Assembly (NCBI GenBank): GCA_001004265.1
Contig: LCQS01000006.1
Location: 1-44,801, forward strand
Reading direction: 5' to 3'
Source: Parcubacteria group bacterium GW2011_GWA2_51_10
GTDB lineage: Bacteria; Patescibacteriota; Minisyncoccia; Phycocordibacterales; UBA2100
Length of the DNA: 44,801 bases
Positions 7,910 through 16,230 of this stretch are shown here, piece after piece. A program made the position numbers and the translations under genes. How positions within the stretch are numbered: position 1 is the first letter of the stretch; each line of letters opens with the position of its first letter. Below the pieces are notes generated by a model. The model was not told the origin of the DNA, did no database searches, and saw only the letters and a program-made list of their open reading frames with translations.

Positions 7910-8626
7910 TTATCTAAGTACTTTCAGCAGCGGATAGTAGAGATCCATTTTTGACGGTATCGTGATTTTTTTCCATGTCGGTGTGTTCGTGAATCTCATA
8001 TTTTTTTCACCGCGCAGTATCACGATCGGCGTTCGCTCATCCGTCTCGCCCATATAGAAAACCGCGGCAGCCGAAAGCGCATCAACGACATTCACTCTTG
8101 TATGCTGCAATTTTCTTCCGAACACGTCAGGCGAGCCGCGACGGTCTCTCACCGGTTCGAGCCCGAAGAATCCTATTGAGATTCCTATAACGCCGTTTCG
8201 GAGTGGCATCGTGTGGCTATCGGTTATCACAACGGCGAGTTTTCTTAGACGAGATTTCTTTTTTAGATACATGCATATTTTTTTTGCAGATCCGCTCGCG
8301 TCTTTTGGCCAAAGAATGTAGTAGCCATTCCCGTTGCTCTCATCAATTCCGGCGGAGGGAATGAGCGTTGAGCCCTTGATCGTGGGCACGAAATCGCTGT
8401 GCAGAGTGCGAAACGGGAAAAGTCGTTCGGCTTCGCGGCGGATGAGTTCCGATTTGCGCGTGCCTTTTTCTATCTTCACGCACCTTCCCTGATGGATCGC
8501 GAGAATCTTGGATGTGATAAATACAATGTCTCCCTCACGGAGGCGCGGCAGAAATTTATCCAGAACAGTGTAAATATCATCCTGCGGAGGCAGGATGCGT
8601 CGCGTTCGTATAGAGAGGAATCGCAT
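7910..8626 (-). CDS. CofE-family gamma-glutamyl ligase (Chlamydia CT611/FolC2-like)
   Basis: EGDIVFITSKI, PSAGIDESN, VITDS, DVFGRKL and MGE..E.TP motifs of the F420-0:glutamate ligase fold. Confidence 0.85.
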   Translation of the reverse strand: MRFLSIRTRRILPPQDDIYTVLDKFLPRLREGDIVFITSKILAIHQGRCVKIEKGTRKSELIRREAERLFPFRTLHSDFVPTIKGSTLIPSAGIDESNGNGYYILWPKDASGSAKKICMYLKKKSRLRKLAVVITDSHTMPLRNGVIGISIGFFGLEPVRDRRGSPDVFGRKLQHTRVNVVDALSAAAVFYMGETDERTPIVILRGEKNMRFTNTPTWKKITIPSKMDLYYPLLKVLR

Positions 8627-8629
8627 TCT

Positions 8630-9325
8630 CTAGAGCGCGGACTTTTCTCGGAGTTGCGTGAGAACGTGCTCTTGTTGCACGGGGAGCTTAAGTGAGAATT
8701 CTAGCTTTTTGTTCAGTAATGCGAATACATTGTTCAAGACGAGGTAGGAAACTGCGATACCTGCGGCAAAGATGAGGCGTTCCATTATCACGACGGGAAT
8801 GAGGCCTACCCACACCGCGGCAGGGAGTGGAACGAGCCAGATCCATAGTGCTCCCCCGACAGAGTGGGCCATAAATGTTGCGCCAAGTGCGCGTGCGACG
8901 AGGAATCGTTCTTGAAAGAAGTAACATATGATCGGGATTGTCCAGAACAAAGAGAAGTACCACACTTCGCGGCCCACCGGATTTGCGACGAATGCGATGA
9001 TCGCGAGAGCAGGGACAATAATGTTGAGCGGCATTTTTCTCGAGAAGTAGATCGCCGCGAAGATCATCGGAATCAGACGGACGAACGTGCCGGTGTCAGA
9101 CCAGTCTGCTCCTTGGAAAATGAAATTCCCTGCTTGCATAAGAAGCACTGCAGCCGCTCCCGGGAGTGTTCCAAGAAATGCCCCCGCCGTCGGTCCGAAG
9201 GCGTCGAAGAGCGTAAAACTTACTTTGGATCCCGCGAGTTGATTTACCGGAATCTGCAGAGCAATGAATCCGATAATGACAAATAGAGCAAAAAAGACCG
9301 CCCTTTTAATATGTTGTTGCTGCAT
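8630..9325 (-). CDS. ECF transporter S-component-like membrane protein
   Basis: 231 aa with ~6-7 TM segments; S-component-like N-terminus (SFTLFDAFGPTAGAFLG..PGA); 3 nt gap to the ligase gene. Confidence 0.65.
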   Translation of the reverse strand: MQQQHIKRAVFFALFVIIGFIALQIPVNQLAGSKVSFTLFDAFGPTAGAFLGTLPGAAAVLLMQAGNFIFQGADWSDTGTFVRLIPMIFAAIYFSRKMPLNIIVPALAIIAFVANPVGREVWYFSLFWTIPIICYFFQERFLVARALGATFMAHSVGGALWIWLVPLPAAVWVGLIPVVIMERLIFAAGIAVSYLVLNNVFALLNKKLEFSLKLPVQQEHVLTQLREKSAL

Positions 9326-9381
9326 GCTGATCTCAAAATAATGAATAATGCCGACACTTTATCATACTCCTGCACGGGCGA

Positions 9382-11568
9382 CTACCGGCGATTGCGCATC
9401 CGGTGCACCGCATCTGCCGCGAGCGGAATGGCTTTCCATAGAATATATACGATTGCGAGGAGAACGAACAGGTACAGCAATAAAGAAATCCAGTCGATCT
9501 CTGCCGGGGAGTTGCCGACTGCTGCTGCGGCCGCGACTTGGTTGCTTGTCGTTGCTGTGATTGGCATAACCGCGTGCGCGTTTTCGATCACAGCGACAAT
9601 AGGCGGGCCGATCGTCGCTCTCGCTCCGCTCGTTGTTGCGTTCGTGCGGGAGTGCGCTAAGACAGGCACGAGCTGCGGTGCTTCTTGGCGGTCGGTCGTC
9701 TCGATCACTATGTCGATCGTTGTTGTAGCTGCTCCCAACACGAGAGGCGTCGATGTGGCTTGGTCGGGAGTTGTCGTGGCGACGGACGGTGCCGCGCCTC
9801 CGCCTCCACCCCCTTCGTTTACAATTGGCTTCTGGTAATTCGAAAGGAGCGACCTCCATGTATTATTGAGCGCGGCCGGAATAGCATATTCTGTTGCCCA
9901 TACGCGCGTATCCGCTGTCGCGGCGGATTCGACACCACCGTCTTGTGCCTGAAGAGACGCGAGATAGGTAATGGGCGTAATTCCGCCGGGCGTCCAAAGT
10001 GACGGTGATTCATTGAGCGCCGCTATTGCCTGCAGCGTCCAGCTGGTAGAGAAACTGTTTCCAAACCCGCCGTTTTGCTGCTGCTGTCCGCGCAAATAGG
10101 TCTGCGCTTTTGTGAGCGATTCGCCGACATTCTGAAGCGAATTCAGCATACTGAGTGCTTGGACAGCGGCGGCAGTAACGTCGACGCTATTTTCCCAAGA
10201 GCCGTTCGCACTTTGACGCGAAATGATGAAAGATGTGGTTTTTACAATGATGTCATCGGATACGCTGTATCCCGCATGAAGCAGCGGAAAGATTGCGAAT
10301 ATGTCATCGTTTACGAGCGATGAATCGCCAATTTGAGCGCCGTCGAATTGTGCTGCGATCGGCGAAATGTAATCGATCGGAGTTCCCGTGTACGGATCGA
10401 TCGCGAGCGCCATGAGGGCCATTGCATGCCTCTCATAATCCGTCGCGCTCGATACGACGGGCGCTGCGGTTAATAGGTATTCCCATAGCTTTGTCTTAGG
10501 TATTCCCGGATCGCTTGCCGCGAATGCGATTGCTGCCCAGTCTGTGAGCAGAGTGTTCGCAAATGACCCATCTTCTCTCTGCTGTGAGGCAATAAATTGG
10601 AGTGCAAGGGGCACATTAAAAACCGGCGCTAAAGACGACCCCCCACTGCTCCCTCCGCCACCACCGCTCCCCCTGCTTGTTTCCTCCTCTTTCGGAAGCG
10701 TCGGCGGTTCATCCTCTTCCGGAGTAGAAGTTGCCGCAGGGTCAACGACTGCAATTGATACAGTCGGAAAGTAAAAATCTTCTTGAATGCCGACGGAGAA
10801 TGTTCCCGTTGCTGTGAGCGCAAATAGTGCTGCGCCGTTTTCGTCGCTCGTGCTTGTTGCGAGCTCGGTAAAAGTGAAGTCGGGATTCGGAGTGCCGACT
10901 CCTATCGTGAGGCCCGGCGCTCCTACATAAATGCCCGATGCAAGCTCATAATTTTGCGCGGTTGCCGTGAACGACTCTCCGGAAGCAATCGTTGTTGTAG
11001 AAAGCACAACTTGACGAGACGGGCCGAAGAAAAGAAATGCGGTGTCGCCATTGTTTAGGACGTAATCATCAATGCCCATTTGAGGGTAAGAGCCGTTCAC
11101 TGCATACGTCCAGTTAAAGCATTGCGGCTCGTCAACGCCAGAAACCGCGATGCAGTTTATGAGAAATGATGAAAATGAAGAAAAATATGCAAGATCAGTG
11201 ATAGCGAATGCATCGGATTCGGCATCGAGTTCTACGAGCTCTGCCAATAAACTGCGGGCAGGCACCGGAACAGCATCGCCCCCTCCTGTGGGGATGATCG
11301 AGACGTCGGGAGAAGTTGACGCTGCTAATTCAACGATTCCACTAAACGCAGTTGCGGAGCCATCACGGATTGTGAGCGTGAATGTGTCGGAGGGAAGGAC
11401 AGGTGCCGTATCAGTTGATGTTGCCGCTTCGTCCGTTGTGGTGGCAATCTCCAACTGCGATTCACTGGATGACTCCGGAGTTGAAGAAGCGCTTTCGTCT
11501 GCGAAGAGGGATGAGAAGGGCACGCCGATGATAAAAAGACCAATTACGATTGCTCGAACAAATTTCAT
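9382..11568 (-). CDS. Surface-anchored DUF4430 + Ig-like + prenyltransferase/squalene-cyclase-like alpha/alpha-barrel protein (putative cobalamin binder)
   Basis: Signal peptide; DUF4430-like FLINCIA...WTYAVNG..PQMGIDDYVLNNGD; repeated Q..DGSF/Q..NGSW/Q..NGGF/Q..DGG barrel motifs; S/T/G linkers; C-terminal TM. Confidence 0.8.
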   Translation of the reverse strand: MKFVRAIVIGLFIIGVPFSSLFADESASSTPESSSESQLEIATTTDEAATSTDTAPVLPSDTFTLTIRDGSATAFSGIVELAASTSPDVSIIPTGGGDAVPVPARSLLAELVELDAESDAFAITDLAYFSSFSSFLINCIAVSGVDEPQCFNWTYAVNGSYPQMGIDDYVLNNGDTAFLFFGPSRQVVLSTTTIASGESFTATAQNYELASGIYVGAPGLTIGVGTPNPDFTFTELATSTSDENGAALFALTATGTFSVGIQEDFYFPTVSIAVVDPAATSTPEEDEPPTLPKEEETSRGSGGGGGSSGGSSLAPVFNVPLALQFIASQQREDGSFANTLLTDWAAIAFAASDPGIPKTKLWEYLLTAAPVVSSATDYERHAMALMALAIDPYTGTPIDYISPIAAQFDGAQIGDSSLVNDDIFAIFPLLHAGYSVSDDIIVKTTSFIISRQSANGSWENSVDVTAAAVQALSMLNSLQNVGESLTKAQTYLRGQQQQNGGFGNSFSTSWTLQAIAALNESPSLWTPGGITPITYLASLQAQDGGVESAATADTRVWATEYAIPAALNNTWRSLLSNYQKPIVNEGGGGGGAAPSVATTTPDQATSTPLVLGAATTTIDIVIETTDRQEAPQLVPVLAHSRTNATTSGARATIGPPIVAVIENAHAVMPITATTSNQVAAAAAVGNSPAEIDWISLLLYLFVLLAIVYILWKAIPLAADAVHRMRNRR

Positions 11569-11592
11569 ATCGCACGCGTTAAAATTAAATAC

Positions 11593-12001
11593 TTAATAAC
11601 TTTGCTGGTACCTCCATTCAACCGTATCGCCGGCCTTGAGTGTCGTTTGAGAAGCCCCCGTATTTGAAGATTCGTCGTTCACGTATAAGAACCAGTAAGA
11701 GCCGCCCGCGTTTTTCCTTCCTGCCTGCGCAGGTGCTCGTGTCGGTTGCGGTAAAAGTAAAGGAATTTGCCTGCGCGGAAGGGATCCGTTCCTCCGGGGG
11801 TTTAATCTCCGGAGAGGTTGCGTTTTTTTCTGGAGCGGAAGATTCGCTTGTAGTTCCTTGAGGGGCCAAAACATCAGAGGCCTTCTCGATTGATTGGGAA
11901 ACTGGCCTCGAGTACGAAATAAATACTTTCTGGGAAAAGTATGCGGCGGCACCAAGCACGGCAACCGTAATTATGAGTGCTGTATATTGTTTCAAGTTCA
12001 T
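11593..12001 (-). pseudogene. Membrane-anchored DUF4430 protein, frameshifted with an apparent deletion near 11715-11735
   Basis: N-terminal TM and linker in one frame (MNLKQY...TATDTST); the DUF4430 end GSYWFLYVNDESSNTGASQTTLKAGDTVEWRY is in another; the expected middle of the domain is missing. Confidence 0.75.
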
Positions 12002-12014
12002 ATGTATCGGAAAC

Positions 12015-12043
12015 TAAAAAATCTCTGCCCGATGCAGAGATTT
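12015..12043 (-). terminator. Intrinsic terminator (riboswitch expression platform)
   Basis: Minus strand AAATCTCTGC-ATCGG-GCAGAGATTT-TTT, just upstream of the ATG at 12001. Confidence 0.75.
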
Positions 12044-12087
12044 CTTATTGACGGCACTTATGTTCAGCGCGCACCCTGCTCGGGATA

Positions 12088-12223
12088 ACGGCTGAAGAAG
12101 ATCGGACTTATCCCGACATTATGTAGGGACATACCGTTGCGGCACAGTGGAGGAATCACACCTCACTTCCAGCCCGCCTTTTTCTAACTGGCGGGCCCCA
12201 CCTTTCGGTGAGCAATCAACCAT
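12088..12223 (-). ncRNA. Cobalamin (B12) riboswitch
   Basis: Minus strand GGAAGTGAGGTGTGATTCCTCCACTGTGCCGCAACGGTA...AAGTCCGA matches the cobalamin aptamer core and B12 box; closing helix GGTTGA/TCAGCC; lies upstream of DUF4430 genes. Confidence 0.82.
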
Positions 12224-12231
12224 GGATGCGC

Positions 12232-12259
12232 ATTGTATTCCTGTCGAAGACAGGGGCAA
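12232..12259 (-). promoter_or_regulatory. Promoter for the riboswitch-led cluster
   Basis: TTGCCC-16 nt-TACAAT ending about 8 nt before the aptamer. Confidence 0.55.
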
Positions 12260-12314
12260 GTGGATAACGCAAAAGAACATGTCTCACGAAGTCGTCAATG
12301 GTAAACTTGGGAAT

Positions 12315-13652
12315 ATGAAAGGTTACAAAGAGCTGTTTGAGGGAAAGCGTATAACGGTTATGGGACTTGGGCTTCTGGGGAGAGGGGTGGGAGATGTCGA
12401 GTTTCTCGCCAAATGTGGTGCAAACATCCTCGTTACCGATAAGAAAACTCCTGAAGAGCTTGCGCCGTCGATTGAGAAATTGAAAGCGTATCCAAATGTC
12501 GATTTTCATTTGGGCGAGCACGATCAGAACGACTTCCTAAACGCTGATCTCGTTATAAAAGGGGCAAAAGTTCCGCTTGATTCCCCATACATCGCTGCTG
12601 CAAAGGACGCGGGAGTGCCGGTTGCGATGTCGACGGCGCTTTTTGCGAAATACGCTGCAGAGGAGGGGGCAACGATTGTCGGAATAACAGGCACACGCGG
12701 CAAATCCACTGTTACGCACATGATCTATCATTGTCTAATTCGCGCGAATAAGAAAACAGTGCTCGGGGGAAATGTTCGAGGGAAGTCGACACTTGCGATG
12801 TTGCCGGAGATTGAACGCGGGTATATTGCGGTACTTGAACTGGACTCGTGGCAGCTCCAAGGTTTTGGCGATATGAAAATCAGTCCACACATTGCGGTGT
12901 TCACGAATCTCTACCCGGATCATCTCGATTATTATCCTTCGATGGATGAGTATTTTCGAGACAAAGCAAATGTTTTCCGTCACCAACATGATGGCGATTT
13001 TCTTTTTGTCGGCGCGGAGATTGCAGAGCGCATCCAGGCAGAACGACCTCCAACGAAAGCGGTGATTCCTCAGTCGCTCCCAGCGGACTGGCAACTAAAA
13101 ATTCCGGGCGAGCACAATCGAGAAAACGCATCGCTCGCAGCGGCCGCACTCCGCGCGCTTGGCCAAAAAGAGGCAGAAATCCGCGGCGGACTCGAATCAT
13201 TTGAAGGGCTCGAAGGTCGTCTTCAATTTGTTAGAGAAATCCATGGAGTGAAAATCTACAATGACAACAATTCCACCACACCCGAAGCAACCATCGCGGC
13301 ATTGAGAGCTGTCGGAAGGAAAGATAAGCGTGTCGTTGTCCTTATCTTGGGCGGTGACGATAAAAAATTAGATATGTCTCATTTGATCACCGAGATTCCA
13401 AAATGGTGCTCGAGTGTTGTACTTTTTAAAGAACGCGGGACGGACCGAATTCGAGACGGTATTCTTGCGCTACAGCCAGGCGTCCATGTTGTTGAGGAAG
13501 AAGGACTACAGGCTTGTGTTAATCGAGCATTTTCCGAAGCAAAACGAGGCGACGCTATTCTTTTTAGTCCTGCATTTCAATCATTCGGTAAATATTTTAA
13601 AAATGAATACGACCGAAGCGATCAATTTCTAAAGTTAATTTCTGCCATATGA
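12315..13652 (+). CDS. murD: UDP-MurNAc-L-Ala:D-glutamate ligase
   Basis: VMGLGLLGRG, GITGTRGKST, LELDSWQL, NLYPDHLDYY, EGRLQ, YND..STTP, FSPA..SF..FKN..DR motifs. Confidence 0.92.
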   Translation: MKGYKELFEGKRITVMGLGLLGRGVGDVEFLAKCGANILVTDKKTPEELAPSIEKLKAYPNVDFHLGEHDQNDFLNADLVIKGAKVPLDSPYIAAAKDAGVPVAMSTALFAKYAAEEGATIVGITGTRGKSTVTHMIYHCLIRANKKTVLGGNVRGKSTLAMLPEIERGYIAVLELDSWQLQGFGDMKISPHIAVFTNLYPDHLDYYPSMDEYFRDKANVFRHQHDGDFLFVGAEIAERIQAERPPTKAVIPQSLPADWQLKIPGEHNRENASLAAAALRALGQKEAEIRGGLESFEGLEGRLQFVREIHGVKIYNDNNSTTPEATIAALRAVGRKDKRVVVLILGGDDKKLDMSHLITEIPKWCSSVVLFKERGTDRIRDGILALQPGVHVVEEEGLQACVNRAFSEAKRGDAILFSPAFQSFGKYFKNEYDRSDQFLKLISAI

Positions 13653-14935
13653 CGATGCCGCAACGCATTTACATGGTAGGAATTGGCGGAATCGGGATGT
13701 CTGCACTCGCGCAGCTTTTTGCGTATCAAGGTAGAACGGCGAGCGGCTCAGATAGGGAGGAATCGCCGGTTACGAGACTGCTCGAAGAAAAAGGTATTCG
13801 CGTTTCAATCGGACAAAAAAAGGAAAACATTCCTGAAGATACGGAGCTTGTCATTTATAGTGATGCCGTGCCGGAAGATAATCCGGAGCGACAAGCGGCA
13901 AAAGTGCGAGGGATCCAAGAGCTATCATATTTCGATGCGCTCGGTGAGATTTCAAAACAAGCGCGTACCATCGCGGTCGCCGGTACGCATGGGAAGACTA
14001 CGACGACAGGAATGCTAGCAAAAATTCTCGCGGATTGCGGAAAAAACCCGACCGCAATAATTGGCTCAATAGTTAGAGATTTTAGCTCGAATTTTCTCGC
14101 AGGGAATGACGATCTTTTTGTCGTCGAGGCCTGCGAATATCGCGATCATCTCTTGAAACTTTTGCCGGAGATTCTTGTTATCACGAACATCGAGTGGGAC
14201 CACACGGATTATTTTCCGACATTCGAGGATCTGCAGGAAACATTTCGCAAAGCAGTCGAGAAAGTGCCAGTGCATGGCTGTATCGTTACGGACCCGTCCA
14301 ATCAGCGCATTGCGGCAGTCGTGAGCCATGCAAGAGCGCCCATCATTGATTACACGACGCAGAGTGTTCCGCGGCTGAAATTGATCGGGGAATTCAATAT
14401 TGAAAACGCACAAGCAGCCAAAGCCGCAGCACGCGCAGCATTCCCGCATCTGCAGGAAGCATTCACCGATCGCGCGCTCATGGATTATCAAGGTTCTTGG
14501 CGGCGCTTTGAATATAAGGGAAAGACACGAAGTGGGGCTATTGTGTACGATGATTATGCGCATCATCCGACGGCAATATCAAAAACAATAGACGCTGCCA
14601 GAGAAGAATTCCCTGGAAAACGCATTACTGTGGTATTTCATCCGCACCTCTACTCGCGCACGAGAGATTTATTCGATGGATTTGTTGGCGCGCTTTCTCT
14701 CGCTGATCGCATTATTCTCGCGCCTATCTATGCCGCTCGCGAAAAAGATACAGGCGAAGTTTCAAGCGAGACTCTGGCGCGCGCTATCGCTGTCAAAAAT
14801 CCTCATGCTCGCGCGTTGCCCGATTTTGATTCTATTCGAGCGGAGCTAGAAAAAAACATGTCGGAGAAAGATCTGATTATAACCATGGGGGCAGGCGACA
14901 TCTATAAAGTCGGGGAACAGATCGCCATTGCGTAA
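13649..14935 (+). CDS. murC: UDP-MurNAc:L-alanine ligase
   Basis: GIGGIGMSALA, AGTHGKTTT, VEACEY, DDYAHHP, PHLYSRT, MGAGDI motifs. Confidence 0.93.
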   Translation: MTMPQRIYMVGIGGIGMSALAQLFAYQGRTASGSDREESPVTRLLEEKGIRVSIGQKKENIPEDTELVIYSDAVPEDNPERQAAKVRGIQELSYFDALGEISKQARTIAVAGTHGKTTTTGMLAKILADCGKNPTAIIGSIVRDFSSNFLAGNDDLFVVEACEYRDHLLKLLPEILVITNIEWDHTDYFPTFEDLQETFRKAVEKVPVHGCIVTDPSNQRIAAVVSHARAPIIDYTTQSVPRLKLIGEFNIENAQAAKAAARAAFPHLQEAFTDRALMDYQGSWRRFEYKGKTRSGAIVYDDYAHHPTAISKTIDAAREEFPGKRITVVFHPHLYSRTRDLFDGFVGALSLADRIILAPIYAAREKDTGEVSSETLARAIAVKNPHARALPDFDSIRAELEKNMSEKDLIITMGAGDIYKVGEQIAIA

Positions 14936-14943
14936 GTATGTTA

Positions 14944-15233
14944 TTCTTAAGTTCTTGAGAATTTAGGAACAAACTTTATGGACTATCGTCATCTGGAGCG
15001 TCGAGTAAAAGGTTTCTCGAATCATCGCCGAATTCAAATTCTCGAATTGCTAAGAAAAAAACCGGAACTGTCCGTGGAGGAAATCTCGGAGGAGCTACGA
15101 ATTAACTTCAAGACGGGCTCAGAGCATATTCGTCGGCTCGCAATTGCCGGGCTCGTCCTAAAGCGAAATGCGGGCCACTCGGTTCGTCATAAGCTAACGA
15201 GACGTGCCTCGCAAGTTCTTAAGTTCTTAAGAA
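14944..15233 (+). repeat. 18-bp direct repeats at both ends of the ArsR-like gene
   Basis: TTCTTAAGTTCTTGAGAA (14944-14961) and TTCTTAAGTTCTTAAGAA (15216-15233). Confidence 0.75.
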
Positions 15234-15244
15234 CATTGGAATGA
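14978..15244 (+). CDS. ArsR/SmtB-like winged-HTH regulator
   Basis: KGFSNHRRIQILELL...LSVEEISEEL...SEHIRRL..AGLV; no Cys metal site. Confidence 0.85.
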   Translation: MDYRHLERRVKGFSNHRRIQILELLRKKPELSVEEISEELRINFKTGSEHIRRLAIAGLVLKRNAGHSVRHKLTRRASQVLKFLRTLE

Positions 15245-15945
15245 ATATGGAATTCGCTGAAGCAAATGGAAAAGGTAAACTTTCGGTTGTCGCGACGCCG
15301 ATTGGTAATATGGGCGATATCACATTTCGCGCATTGTGGAATCTGAAAGAGTGCGACGTTATCTACGCGGAAGATACGCGCGTCACTGCGAAGCTTCTCG
15401 CACACTATGGGCTTCGGAAATCCGTATTTCGTCTCGATGCGGCAATGGAAGGGAAAAAAGCGAACGAAGTTATATCTCGGCTTGAGAAAGGCAAGCACGT
15501 GGCATACGTGTCCGACGCGGGAACTCCAGGAATATCGGATCCTGGTGCACGACTTGTCGCGGCAGTGCGCGAAGCGCTCCCGGAAGCGAAGATAGAAGCA
15601 ATTCCCGGACCTTCAGCGCTCACTGCCGCGCTCTCGATCGCGGGCATTTCAGCGGATGCGTTTTCATTTCGTGGATTTCTCCCGCATAAGAAAGGACGGC
15701 AAACAGCGCTGAAGAAAATAGTTTCGAGCGATATTCCAGTTGTGCTCTATGAATCTCCGCATCGCATACTTAAACTCCTCAAAGAGCTTCATGATGTCGC
15801 ACCGGGAGCGGCAGTGACGGTGGCACGCGAGCTTACGAAACTTCATGAAGAAGTGTTATATGGGACTCCTTCAGATCTCGCTGCGCAACTGGAGAAAAAG
15901 AAAGCAGTGCGAGGTGAATTTGTCGTCATTGTCGAACCACACTGA
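15241..15945 (+). CDS. rsmI: 16S rRNA (C1402) 2'-O-methyltransferase
   Basis: VATPIGNMGDIT.RA, AEDTR, SDAGTPGISDPG, YESPHR, RELTKLHEE, GEFV motifs. Confidence 0.95.
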   Translation: MNMEFAEANGKGKLSVVATPIGNMGDITFRALWNLKECDVIYAEDTRVTAKLLAHYGLRKSVFRLDAAMEGKKANEVISRLEKGKHVAYVSDAGTPGISDPGARLVAAVREALPEAKIEAIPGPSALTAALSIAGISADAFSFRGFLPHKKGRQTALKKIVSSDIPVVLYESPHRILKLLKELHDVAPGAAVTVARELTKLHEEVLYGTPSDLAAQLEKKKAVRGEFVVIVEPH

Positions 15946-15996
15946 TTGCTGTTTGTATACTCCATTCTCTATACACCATAGGCTATACTTTGAATC

Positions 15997-16230
15997 ATGA
16001 CTTTGGACACACTCATCATGCTCTCCGGCGCATTCGTCGCTATTTTGCCTTTTTTGGGATTCCCGAATAGCGTAGATAAGGTTTTGTTTCTCATAGCAGG
16101 AGTATTTGTTATTGGGCTCGGAATTATTGTGCGGCGCAGGGGCCTTCGTGAGCCGAGAGCATCACGCGAAATTACGAATGAAACCGCAGAGAATTCCGAC
16201 CGCATGCGCATGCCGCCGTCAGGAGCATGA
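15997..16230 (+). CDS. Small 2-TM membrane protein
   Basis: Two TM segments around LPFLGFP; TATACT 7 nt upstream; ATGA overlap with the next gene. Confidence 0.75.
   Translation: MTLDTLIMLSGAFVAILPFLGFPNSVDKVLFLIAGVFVIGLGIIVRRRGLREPRASREITNETAENSDRMRMPPSGA

Noticed and set aside
7910-8626. Evidence for coenzyme F420 biosynthesis
   Set aside because: No cofC/cofD/cofGH in the window; the protein resembles the stand-alone CT611-type subfamily.
9382-10620. Squalene-hopene cyclase / hopanoid synthesis
   Set aside because: Only one barrel, no evident DxDD motif, extracytoplasmic topology and a B12-riboswitch context.
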